Shown here piece by piece: positions 1 to 11,284 of a stretch of DNA of 64,000 nt. The stretch spans positions 186,001-250,000 of the forward strand of contig MNCI01002813.1 in NCBI GenBank assembly GCA_015680685.1, in the 5' to 3' direction. How positions within the stretch are numbered: position 1 is the first letter of the stretch; each line of letters begins with the position of its first letter. Under the pieces are notes generated by a model, which was given only the letters and a program-made list of their open reading frames with translations, had not been told where the DNA came from and made no database searches. The position numbers were made by a program, and so were the translations under genes. This DNA comes from Gnetum montanum (taxonomy: Eukaryota > Plantae > Gnetophyta).

Positions 1-2571
1 CTTAAAGATCTTTTGTATCTCTTCTTTTACTATTTGTTTCAATTTAGGGTTCAATCACCTCTATGGTTATTTTCAAGGTTTTATGGAGGGGTCCATGTAA
101 ATCCTATGCTGGCATATCCTAGGGTCTATTCTAGTTAACTCGGGGTATGACTAGGCAAAGGCTTTTGACCACTTGTTTGGGAAGAAATTTTGCATTGATG
201 ATTAGTGATTTTCCATTTTCAAGGGTCATATACTTCAGACTAGTGGGTAATGATTTCAAATCAAGGGGCTCTTATTTAAATCTCTCAGGAATTTCCAACT
301 TCCCCCAGTTGATGTTTTTGAGGCTAAGGTTTGGATGTTGGCAATGAACTTGCTCAAGTGTGTTTGTGCTTCCAATGTAAGCTCTAGTTATTCCCTCAGT
401 TAATTCCATGCATGTTATCAAATTACTCTCTTAATCAGCCAACAGCCATAGGGTGTCCTCTTGTCATGTGGCTGCTGCATACAGGCACCTTTGTATATTA
501 ATTTCTTGTGCATACCAATCGCATGTAGGAAATGCTAAACTTTGCATAACCCATGATTTTTGCATGCAATGCCACCTTGTGTCATTGTATGCGATGAATG
601 AAATTTTCTTCTTCTCAATATTTCCAAAAGGATTCTTCTTGGATATTTCCAAGGAAAGATCATGGATCCCTAGGCATGCATCTATAGTGCTCAGCCATGC
701 TCTTCCCATTATTATTGGGAAGTCCCCCTTACCATTGTTTACTTGTATCACTAAGAAATCAGCTATATATGACCAACCACTCATAGTGGTAACGATGTCT
801 TCCACTAGTCCCAAAGGGATAATGATGGACTAGTTGGCCAGCTCAAGTCAAATATTACTCTTCCTTAGTGGAGGCAAGTCCCAAGCTTTGTACATCTTCT
901 GTGATATTAAGTTGACTTTGAAACTTGAGTCCAAAATAGCTTTACATGGTTCATTCCTAGTGACTTGGAGGTAGATTAGAGGACTTCCAGGATCAGAGAA
1001 TTTCATAGGAAGGTGTCCCACCTTGATCCAGTCAGTGACGATATGTGTTAACATAACCATGTGCGTTGAGCTCTATTTTTGGTTTGAAGGAGGTCCCAAA
1101 ACTTTATTTGGTACAGATGTGTTTAAATGTTCAATCGCTTGTGATGGTGAGGGCTTAGTTGGATTTTTGGTTCTAAAGAAAGGTCTTTTCAGCATAAGAT
1201 TTTTAGAACCAATTGCAGTTTGAGGATTCGAAGCCCTCGTGACATTGGGTTGTTGTAGTTGAGTGGGGAATACCCCTTGCATTGTTGGAGCGGTTGATAG
1301 TGGTGCTATCAGTGTAAGAGTGGTGGAAAGATTCAGAGGATGGTATGCATGTGGTGTGTCTCTCATAGGATAAGGATTCTTATAGTACTCCCAAACTTGG
1401 TAGTGACATTGTAGGGTAACGTGACCAACAGAGTCACTTGGAGAGATTGGCTGCTGCAAGTAGTAGCCATATGGATCCGATTGCCAGTAAGGGTATTGTT
1501 GCCTTGGCGGTGGCATCCCCCATGACTATGGGTATTGCCACTACTGGTGTTGCTCCATAGGTTTTGATGGAGTTCCACTTGGATAATACGTTAGCGGTTG
1601 GTGGAACTACCTTGGGTTACCTTGGGAATAAGGTAACCGTCAGGGTGCTTGCCATTTGTTAAGTCGCGGGTTAAGTGCATACACCCTAGACTCCTGTAGA
1701 TGTGAGATTATTGGGAAACATCCCTTAGGATGTTCATATTAGCATATCTCACATCCACCATCATTGTTTGTATCTGAATCCACAACCTCTTTAGTGATAG
1801 CTATTTTACCCTTACCTTTGTTACGTGCATGGTCCACATCCCTCTTCTTTTTCTTATCATGCTCACTACTTCGCTCCTTAAACTCCTCTACAATCTTTTA
1901 AACAATTTTAAATCTACTATCTAAGGAGTTCCACATTTTATCTACCTTAGCCAACACTTCTATTATTAATTTCTGAAGTAGCAAGGTTTTCCTACTCACC
2001 AACTCTTCGAGTGATGACTCATCCTCCCCCTCATAGAATCTTACTCCCCTCTTTCAAAGGGAAGGATCATGGTTATACTCTTCCACACTTTCTCTCTTAC
2101 ATAGCTCTTCTTATTTCTAAGCTACTTACTCTAACAATCTATGAACTTCATGGGACCTAAGTTCAGATAATCTCTATTGGGCATATGTCCCAAGGGTTCT
2201 CCTAGTTTCATGTCTTAGCCCATCTACAAGATGGTGTAGTTGATCCCATTGTGCGTAACCATGGCCTGGGCAATAATGTAGCAATGCATAATATTGGCAT
2301 ATGGCAGCATCCAAGGGTTCATGATTACCTTACTTCCATCCTTGGATCTTCTTTCGCAAGTTGGACACTTAAGAGTATGTTTGATATTTATTGTTAAACA
2401 ATTCTAGCATCATACTCCACCTTCAAATGGATTCCAGTTCTAAGGATCGGTACCAGCTTTCCACTTATTTTATAAGTGTCCTTGGGAAAAACTTTAACTT
2501 TTTCCACTCGTTTTCAATTTTCTACAAGGCACAGGCATCGTGAAATTCTTGTAAGTGATTTTGTGGATCAA
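1..2571 (-). mobile_element. Degenerate Athila-like Ty3/gypsy gag-protease-RT N-terminus (continues left of the window)
   Basis: Minus-strand translation gives gag 'GNPSNVDPQNHLQEFHDAC...FFPRTL...WYRSL...SI*RW' (~2390-2587), protease 'KFSDPGSPLI...KAILDSSFKVNLI' and 'FPIIMGRAWL' (464-1060), and RT start 'LNPKLKQIVKEEIQKI' (1-60). Many stops. Homologous to 61900-63000. Confidence 0.85.
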
Positions 2572-3041
2572 CATTACTAGGATTACCAAACGCTATTTGT
2601 TACTGGGTTACCAAGTGTGGCACACGTGCTTGAAGCGGTTGTACTAAATGCACTTAACTAGGAGTTGAGGGTTGAGAGAGATTAATTATCTAAGAAATAA
2701 TTTAAGCATTTAACATTAATTAAATCCTAATTAGCTTAGTCCATGCACTACAAGGTTTATTAAAAAGTTCATCTTTATTTTTGTACACAAATGTGTGCTC
2801 AGGTACAATTTGCTCGAATAAAGATCCATTTACTTTGAGACTCCTACTTCAGGCACATGGAAATTATTCTATCTCTGGAATGGTAGAACTACTATAGTTT
2901 AGCCAAGGATCTAGATCTAGATGAGGAAATAAGGGAAAGTTACCTCTTATTTATAGAACTGGAGATAGGCTACGATATCGTGTACATGATATCGCAAGGG
3001 CTGACGTGATATCGTAGCCCATGCAATATCATGCCCCATCA
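2572..3041 (-). repeat. Truncated 5' LTR of the Athila-like element
   Basis: Colinear with the solo LTR over 55985-56538. Ends at ...CCCCATCA (TG start on minus). TATA-like TATTTATA near 2948 and CGATATCG repeats. Joined directly to gag, with PBS and leader missing. Confidence 0.8.
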
Positions 3042-3099
3042 GTTATCCAATATTTGTGAACACTAATCATAATTCCATCTATTTCCTAATGAAAAAGTT

Positions 3100-4330
3100 C
3101 ACAATCAACCCATGCTTCATTAAGTGTCTGGTAAGCTTGTAGAAATTTAATATTATGATCAATAAAAAGGGATTTGAAAATATTATTGTCAACCATTTAT
3201 CCTAACTCTGATGGGATCACAAAGCATATGAAGACCTAATATCATATCAATTCCTAGATGAGCTTCTATTTCTCACTATTATACAAGCTCCCTCTTTAGC
3301 AGCCATTCCTTGGTTTGCTAACATACTCACATATCTAATAGAGTAAAGGGTCCCTATTAAGTGGAACTAAAGGAAGATTCAAAAACTTCAGCACCAAGAA
3401 AAATGCTACATGGAGACTAATGGAAATATCTACAAAATTTATGCTAATTCCCTTGTTTGCTAGTGTGTTTCAAAGGAGAACTAGTTATGGGATCAATAGG
3501 ATGCCCATGAAAGGCCTTCTAGTGGGCCCTATGCAAGCAAATGAACAACCATTAAAATCCTTATGGTTAGATACATTTGGCTCACCCTATTCTAAGACAC
3601 ACAAGTTTGCCCAAGCATGTGAAAGATGCTAGAGAGATGTTGTGTCAACAAGATTTAAGGGACCACAACAATGGATACAACCACTAGAGCCATTTTATAT
3701 ATGGGGAATTGACTATATGGTCCAAATATTATCCATGTTAATTGGAAAATCCTATATCCTAGTAGCCATTGACCATTGCACCAAATGGGTTGAAGCAATT
3801 GTAGTATTAGATTGCATAGTAACCATGGCTACTAAATTCCTTTTTTTTTTGGAAAAAGGTTAGGAGGTTATATTAATAGAGAAACAAAAGTACAAACAAT
3901 TTCAAGATTTTTCACTAGTGGAGAAACTACCTATACAAGTTGAACGAAAAAATTAACTACTGTATCTAAACTTGACCTTGATCTAGATCTAGCACAGAAA
4001 AAATGTTTAATGAATTTGAATTAGCTAGATAAAAATAAAATGGTTGTCTCCATGCATAAAGATATTCATAATTTCTACTTTAAACAATGGCATGATAGTA
4101 AAATAAGACACTTAGAACTTAAACCGGGGGATGAAGTTTTTTATTATAATTACACCCATGTACCATGAAAGATAAAATTCCAAACATTGTGGAAGTGACC
4201 CTACCTTATCCACATTATTTAAAAATTTGATGATTTACAGATTCACAATCCCTCTATGCTCAACAAACTAATTTTGGTCAATATTCAATAAGTGGAACCA
4301 CTTTGAAAACCATTTAACATAGATCACACC
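3100..4330 (+). mobile_element. Athila-like RNase H end and integrase remnant
   Basis: 'KKGFENIIVNHLS', 'CERC', 'EPFYIWGIDYM...YILVAIDHCTKWVEAI', 'KQWHDSKIRHLELKPGDEVLL'. Interrupted at a poly-T tract at ~3840. Confidence 0.8.
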
Positions 4331-5131
4331 ACCTATGACACCGCCTGAGCTAAATCCATCTTTAGAATTTTCATGGGGAAGCTAACACCTTACTGATGAG
4401 GGCTAATAAGACAATTTTTAATTTCTAACATTTTATTTTTTTATTCTTTTCTTATCTCCTTACCCATTTTCTAATTTTTATTATCCCTTTTTCAAGTCTT
4501 AATTTTTTCATTTTGTTATACATCTTGTTCATACTATGTTTTATTTGATGTAATTTACATGGTAATGAAGGCATGACACCATGCTAATTGTGAGAGTATA
4601 TTCCATATCATTCACATGAAAATACTATCTTTTCAACACTTAGTGAGATCCCTTAGATTATTCCTCCACATTCCATTAATAAGAGGCCACAACCAGGTGT
4701 GTAATGTCATTTTGATCATTTCAATAAATTTAAATAAGCCTCTCCAGTCAATAAACCAAATAGGAGGAGGAAGGACCAAGGAAAGATGGAAAATACTATG
4801 AAATTAAGGGGATTTGTTGATTTCTCAAAATACCATCCCAAAAAAAATTGTTTTAATAAATAATCACATTGAGTAAGATCATAACAATGAATAGGGGGGA
4901 TGCATCTATGAAACAAGCCCACTTGGTGAGTCACTAGAAGGGCATGTGATCCATCTCTAAAGATAGTCCTCTATCAAGTGAGTGGTTAATTAATTAAAAA
5001 ACTCAATTGACCTTGATATGTCATTGTACAAGCATGTGACCCATGTTCAAAGGTAGACCTCTAACAAGAAAACATCTTTGACAACTAGTTTCAACATGTG
5101 AGAAGAATAGTATATGAACCATGTATGAAGG

Positions 5132-6026
5132 GATTCACCATTTAAGTCATATAAATTTAGCATTATTGGGGAAGCCTATGTGGAAAATTTACACAAGTGA
5201 TAAACCATGGATACAAGTCATGACACCTAAGTACCTATCTAACAACATGCTTTTTCATAATGCTCCATCCATTGTTCATGCTTGTTCGACATGGAGAAGT
5301 TTTGAAAAATTAAAGCATTGGATCCAATCAAATATTTGGATTCACAATGAAATAATTTGATGGGGTGATTATTTTCTATATATGCTCATTGAAGCATATA
5401 AAAATTTAGTGCCCCATATTAAAGACCCAATTAAAGAATCTTGGTGACATGGTGTGATAATACCAAAATGAAAAATTTTATGTCAAAGTGTCTACACGAA
5501 AATTTACATGTAAGCTTACTTTTATTTCATAAGGGATTAATTACCAATGATAAGTGTGTGTTGTGAAGTTCAAGAAGAAACCATTAATCATTGTTTATTC
5601 CATTGTCCTGATGCCTACTACTTTTGAAATGAACTCAAGTGCATCACCAAAGTATGTTAGCTTATCAATTCCATTCATGACTTTATTAATCAAATTCCTC
5701 AAAGTCAAGAAAAATATAAGTGGTGCTAAAATAAAAATTTTGCTATTGTAACACTACATATGATGTGGATTTTGTGCAATAGCTAGGTTTTTCAATAGGA
5801 AAAGAGTAACCCTACCATTCTTGCTAAACATTACATCATTGATTGTTCTATTATTCTAAGACACCATGGCAATGCTCACATAGCTTAATACTACATTTGT
5901 TATTGGTTGTTCTATTACTGAGATATGCAATCTTTTTCCAATGTGCTTCATGTATAAAATTTTATTACCAAATGTACCCTACACACCATAGAACTAGGTT
6001 TAATTTTTCTTCCAAGAAAAAAAAAA
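5132..6026 (+). mobile_element. 5'-truncated L1-type LINE (ORF2 C-terminus with zf-RVT and poly-A tail)
   Basis: 'HINLALLGKPMWKI...WIQVMTPKYL...STWRSF' and a CCHC-like 'DKCV..EVQEETINHCLFHCPDA' (frameshifted). A-run at 6017-6026. Degenerate TSD AACCATGTATGAAGG (5117-5131) / AACTATGTACAAAGG (6025-6039). Confidence 0.75.
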
Positions 6027-6684
6027 CTATGTACAAAGGTACTTTGTTGGTAGGAGCGTTGGCAATGTGACTGGAAAGCATGTGACCCATATCTAAAAAT
6101 TCATCTCTCACTAATGGCCAAAAGATAACATTATTTAACTAATTAATTAATTAATAAAAAATGCACTTCAAGTTATTTCGCATGATCCTATGATGACAAT
6201 TTTAAGGATGGCACAATGCAATGCCATTGGAAGGAGGTATTACTTGGTCTAGAATCCCAACAAAAAGACAAGGTGAGTCACATGAATCATACTACACACA
6301 TATTATGATCGTGTGCAAGCTACCTCATGTCCAAAGTTCTTCTTTTTATTTCTCTATAATTGTGTTATCTCATTGATAAAATATACATAATTATTTTTGA
6401 GGCATATGATAATATGATATTGATATTTACAATTGACTTATGAACATTCTTTTAACTTGAAGTCATGTAGACATTTTATTACTACTATGCCTACAAACAT
6501 CTTGATCAATGGAAAGGAAAGAGGCCTACTATGTTGTGGTGTTGTATTGTCCACTTTTCATACCCCACTAGATGTTATACTAGATGATATAATTTAATGC
6601 ATCTATTTTCAATTACCTCTATTGCATTTCATAGGAATGCTTCTCCATTGTTTTCTATTGCATAATTTCCAAGTATTCTACCTC

Positions 6685-8280
6685 AAAGGCTAGCATTAAA
6701 GAAGGAAGATGTTCTTATTGAGTACATAAATGCTATTCAAGACATGTAATAGAGTCACAACTCGAGTTTTCATTATCTATGGAGAAATAATCAACTTCAC
6801 CATGAAAGTATAGTTACATCAAGGATATACTCTAAGCCCTTGTTTATTTGTCATCATTATGGATGAGCTAACTAAATAAATACAAGATAATATCTCTTGG
6901 TTTATTCTCTTTTCAAATAATATTATGTTAGTGAATAATAATTAGTTGCCGAATCTTTAATTTTAAAAGAAAACAGGATACGGACTATAAAAAAACCTTT
7001 TGCCTCAATCATGAAGCAATGATTCATAAGAAGTATAATATCACTAGAATGTACTTATGATCTATTTTAGTTGTATGTCAAATCTCTAATTTTAAATGTA
7101 CATTTACATGAAGAAATATTTTCGCACCAACTAGAAGGCTTTATAGATAGTTCATGTTGTAATCATCTGTAGACTTCAAAATACACTATACAATTGAAAG
7201 AAAACTTCTAGAGAATTGTACATAAATTTTGATGGTTATGTACATGAATTGAGATCCAAAATTCATACACAAATAGCAATTTTTATGTTTATCCAACTCA
7301 AGAATCATGAAGGGTAGTCATACTTCTTCTATATGTTGATGATATAGTAATAGTTGGAAAGTCATAAGACCTAATCCAAAAAGTTAGATGTCATTTAAAC
7401 TCAAAGCTTAAAATGTCAAATCTTGTTCTACTCAACCACTTTCTTGGTTTTAAACTTGATCAAACATTGAACCATATATAAATTACTAAAAAATACATTG
7501 TTGAACTTTTGACAAAACATTGTATGTTGGATTGCAAGCCACAAACCACACCACTTAATCCTCGCAGCTATCCAAATAAATATGATCCTAAATTACCATC
7601 AAAACCTATGGTATTTAGACCATTAATTGAAAAAATTATTTACCTAATTAATATAGGACCAGATATTTCATATGCAATAACTCTCCTATCATGGTTTAAT
7701 CAAAATCTAATTCAAAATTGACATTGGCCTTGGAAATTTTCAAGTATTTGAAAGAAACTTAGGATTATGGTAAAACCTATGATAGTCCTTCCAAAGTTGA
7801 TCTAGTGGGATAAACCATCAGTAAGACCTATAAACCTATAACCTACTCTAAGACTTGTGATCATTTATGGTTGGAATGTTGCCCTATCATGATTAAAGCA
7901 TACATGTGATAGAGATATGAATGCTAAAGGGGATGTTGGTTATCAATAATAAAGATCGAATCAACAACCTTCTTATTAAAGAAAATCTAGAAGTAACCCC
8001 CCTACATGAGAAGATATGAAAAAATCCATTTAAGATAAATTTGTCAAGTACTAAGAAGACCAAATAACACATTTATTAGAAGAGGTTATTTATTAAAGTT
8101 GAAAGAAAAAAATAAATAACTAGACCAAAACATATTTGGTTTACAAGTATAAAGAAATATATCTAAGATTTGGGTATTAATGCTAATTTTTCTGTTAATG
8201 TAAGGGAATGATAAAAAAGAATTCATAGAGTCAACCCCATCTAGTTAGGATAAGCCTAGGATAATGATTATGATGATGAT
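6685..8280 (+). mobile_element. RTE-clade LINE remnant, split by a copia fragment
   Basis: 'YINAIQDM...LHQGYTLSPCLFVIIMDELTK*IQDNISWFILFSNNIML' (6690-6935). C-terminal 'KDRINNLLIKENLEVTPLHEK...RPKHIW' (7950-8140). RTE-type 3' end 'CAACCCCATCTAGTTAGGATAAG' followed by a (GAT)n tail. Confidence 0.75.
6960..7830 (+). mobile_element. Ty1/copia reverse transcriptase remnant
   Basis: 'LYVKSLILNVHLHEEIFSHQLEGF' (copia QLDVK-AFLNG-L-EEIY-QPEGF-like), 'LLLYVDDIVIVG' (~7322-7358) and 'GPDISYAITLLS'. Confidence 0.8.
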
Positions 8281-8319
8281 ATAAGGCATTTCTCAAATAA
8301 TCAAGGAACTTGTATGTAT

Positions 8320-9065
8320 ACATTGTAAATTCTCCTTATTCTCTCTTCAGGTAATTCATGTAAATCTCTTGATCAATTAGAGCAGTTAACAATTAGTAGA
8401 AAATTAGTCTTTCAAAGAGAGGGATTTAATCTAGTGGCATATCAAATTAGAACATCATCAAAGTATTTTCAAAATAGTATTTTTTCAGTTTCAAAAACCT
8501 TAAGGATTACAATTAATTCAACAAACTATGTTGTAATTGATTTATGAATTGAGAGTGCAGAGTTGCAATTTGTAAAAACTCTAAGAATTCTGTTCATTTA
8601 GAAAAATGATTAGTGCAAGTAGTTGTATGTTCCAACAGGGATTCAAAGTCATTTAGTGAAGTGTATCAAATTTGTACTCTACACTCTTGAAAGAGTTCAA
8701 TCTTATCAGAAATTAGTCTGAGTTGTTTGTACAGTTTTTGGTAAAATATTAAAACCAAATTTCTAAAGAAGAAAGGTAGGTTGGGTGGACTACTAACTAA
8801 GAAGCACCAACCTAGGAACTCTACTAATAAACACCGATGTGTTCAATTTTTGCTTAAAGCACTATTAATTAAAGATTTGCCTCACCTTAACAAAGCAAAG
8901 CAAAGATTTTGATAAACAAAGATTATTTCATTGCATCCTTCATGACTAATTAAAGTTTAGAAATATTCATATATCTCACTACTTGTAAGAAGAAAATTTT
9001 ACAACTCTTAAAGGAAAGTAGAAGTTTTAAGAGATGGCTATATTCATCCCCCCTTATCTTGAGTT
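8320..9065 (+). repeat. Possible degenerate LTR fragment (copia/SIRE-like 3' end)
   Basis: Ends in 'CTATATTCATCCCCCTT', which resembles the CTATTCACCCCCC LTR-end motif. No partner LTR or TSD found. Confidence 0.3.
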
Positions 9066-10769
9066 TGGAAAGATCATAATAACCCTCTACTAACAAGGAA
9101 GATGACCCCATTTTCAGTTCTATCAATTAATACCATGCAAAAAGATATCACCATTTTAAGTTGTTAGGTCATTCATTTATACTTTCAGAATGTACAAGAT
9201 TTATGCAAGAGGAATGTCTCCACTTTTTATTTTGGATGAAGTGGAATGTACTTTACTATTATTTTGGTAAATTCAATCCAAAGAAAAAAGAATATCCATG
9301 TGAAAATAGAAATGAGAAATAATTGTACAATCTCAAAGAAAAGACAACAATTTATAAGCACACTATTATGATTTTGCTCTTAAGTTACTATACCTTTGCT
9401 GCACTTTGTAATTCTCTTGTAGTCATATCTAGTACAAGTGCATAGCCTGTTAATCATAAAATAGTTAAATTTAACACAATCATGAATTATAAAAGTAGTC
9501 CAAAAATATAAATACTAAGACTCTTGTCAATTGTGATAAGCATTTAACATAGCCAGCAATAAAATAGTATAGATGTAATCATGTGTGATGTAATGTTGTT
9601 GTCTTGTGCCTTTTAACAGAATAACATTGCTAGAAAATAATCATGCCAACAGAAAATTAGATAATATCACTGATTCACCAGTAATAATAAGATTTCATAC
9701 AAAGATCTTTGATCTATGTACATACAATTTTTCACTGCAAAAGCAAAAGAACTTTATTAAATCCAATTGATAGATGTCATCCCAAAGGGCATAGCCCAAA
9801 AGGTTAGTTAAAGATCCCCAATAAGTGGCTTCTGGTATGCACTAGACATCCAACAGGAAAAAAATTAGAAAAGAAATATATATATATAAAGGTTATCAGG
9901 AGGATGGAGAGAGTCTCTCACTATCCAAGCACATAGAAGTGGCAAAAATAAAAACATTTTATTTATTTATTCATATATTCATTTTGGAGGGAGAGGGAGA
10001 TGGAATGAAAAGAAAACATCCAGTCAATTATTGGTGACTCTAGGGGGTTTTCTTAACTATAAGATATTCTGGTTTCCATTCTAGCAGCCAAATTTTCCAA
10101 GTTCACAAAGTAATGATTTTAGTTCATGTTTAAATTTCTATGTTTGTTTTCATTTCATATCTACAAATTTTTTTCCATTTTCACCATCATTTACATTTTT
10201 GTTTATGTTCTATAAGTCCCTGGGTGATCAACTAGACCATCTAGGGCACCTTAAATCCCATTTTTTGGAGGCCCTTGGGATTCAAGGCTAAAACTATTCT
10301 AGCACCTGCAATATTCTAGTTTCCGTTCCAAGAACCAATTTTGTAGGTATAATAAACCTCTCATCTTATTTCGTAATTTTTGTAAATATTTAATACACTT
10401 TGAATGTTTATACCCAAAAAAACTACAAGGTCCATCCATGATCTACTAAAATTATTATAAGCACAAAATACATCTTTTAATCACCAACGATGCTTTCTTA
10501 GACTTGACAATAATGTAAGACATAAGCTGATTTAAAAATTTAAAATAAAATGAAATGAAATTGAAGTTTTATTACATCCAAAGACCCATATGATCTATTG
10601 GATAAATATTACATTTTCATGAAAAATAAAAATAGACTCTACAAATTGACCAAACACCAATGAGGGCAGCAAAAAAAATCATACAAGTTTTTTGTTGTAA
10701 CATTATACCACTATTTCAAACATGAAACTTTCATAGAACTTAGGTAGAACATAACAGTGAGTCAAATTA

Positions 10770-10844
10770 GCATACTCATTGGAATTGAACCTATCCCTTG
10801 CAAAGTACAAGTCACATGCTCTAACCAACTAAACAATAGCTCAC
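10770..10844 (-). other. tRNA-derived relic (tRNA pseudogene or SINE head)
   Basis: The minus strand reads GTGAGCTATTGTTTAGTTGGTTAGAGCATGTGACTTGTACTTTGCAAGGGATAGGTTCAATTCCAATGAG. It has an A-box-like AGTTGGTTAGAGC and a B-box GGTTCAATTCC at tRNA spacing, but the stems are broken. Confidence 0.6.
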
Positions 10845-11029
10845 TAACAAAACAGCAAAGAGAAGAGATCATGCATTCAACCATAATGATACATTAAGAT
10901 AAGTTCACATAGACATTTCAAAAATTTAAGTGGTTATTCTAAAACCTGGTAGTAGTGCACAACTTCAAAAAAAGAAGTGTATTATGAATAGGTAAAGAAA
11001 TGGATATCATTGGAAATACATCATATAAC

Positions 11030-11195
11030 CTTCAACAAAATCCATTGCATCTACTTCAAGCACATCCTATTCCTTCTTTCCGATAACATCTACCAGCTCA
11101 ACCTCATGATCTAATGACTGTAAAGGATGTGGTATTTCAATGGTACCTCCATTCTCTATATACGATGATGTTGGCTTCAAAAATAAAATAGGTTC
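11030..11195 (-). pseudogene. FAHD1: Internal exon of a fumarylacetoacetate hydrolase domain-containing protein 1 (acylpyruvase) gene with a premature stop
   Basis: CAG acceptor at 11198-11196 and G|GT donor at 11029. Translation EPILFLKPTSSYIENGGTIEIPHPLQSLDHEVELVDVIGKKE*DVLEVDAMDFVE matches plant FAHD1 (EPVIFLKPTSSYLENGGTIEIPHPL.SLHHEVEL..VIG.KARDV). In-frame TAG at 11069-11067. Confidence 0.88.
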
Positions 11196-11284
11196 CTGAA
11201 ATATTATTTATTGAAAAAATTATTAATAGTAATCATTATAAAAATTTCTCTAATTTATTTGCGTTAGTAAGAAACAAAAAATTT

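Noticed and set aside
4390-4420. CTGATGAG as a hammerhead ribozyme core
   Set aside because: No stem II with GAAA and no flanking helices.
9760-9800. Minus-strand GGCTATGCCCTT ('GYAL') as the next FAHD1 exon
   Set aside because: There is no AG acceptor directly before it, and the LDMTAR/GLPW motifs do not follow in frame. It is probably a chance match.
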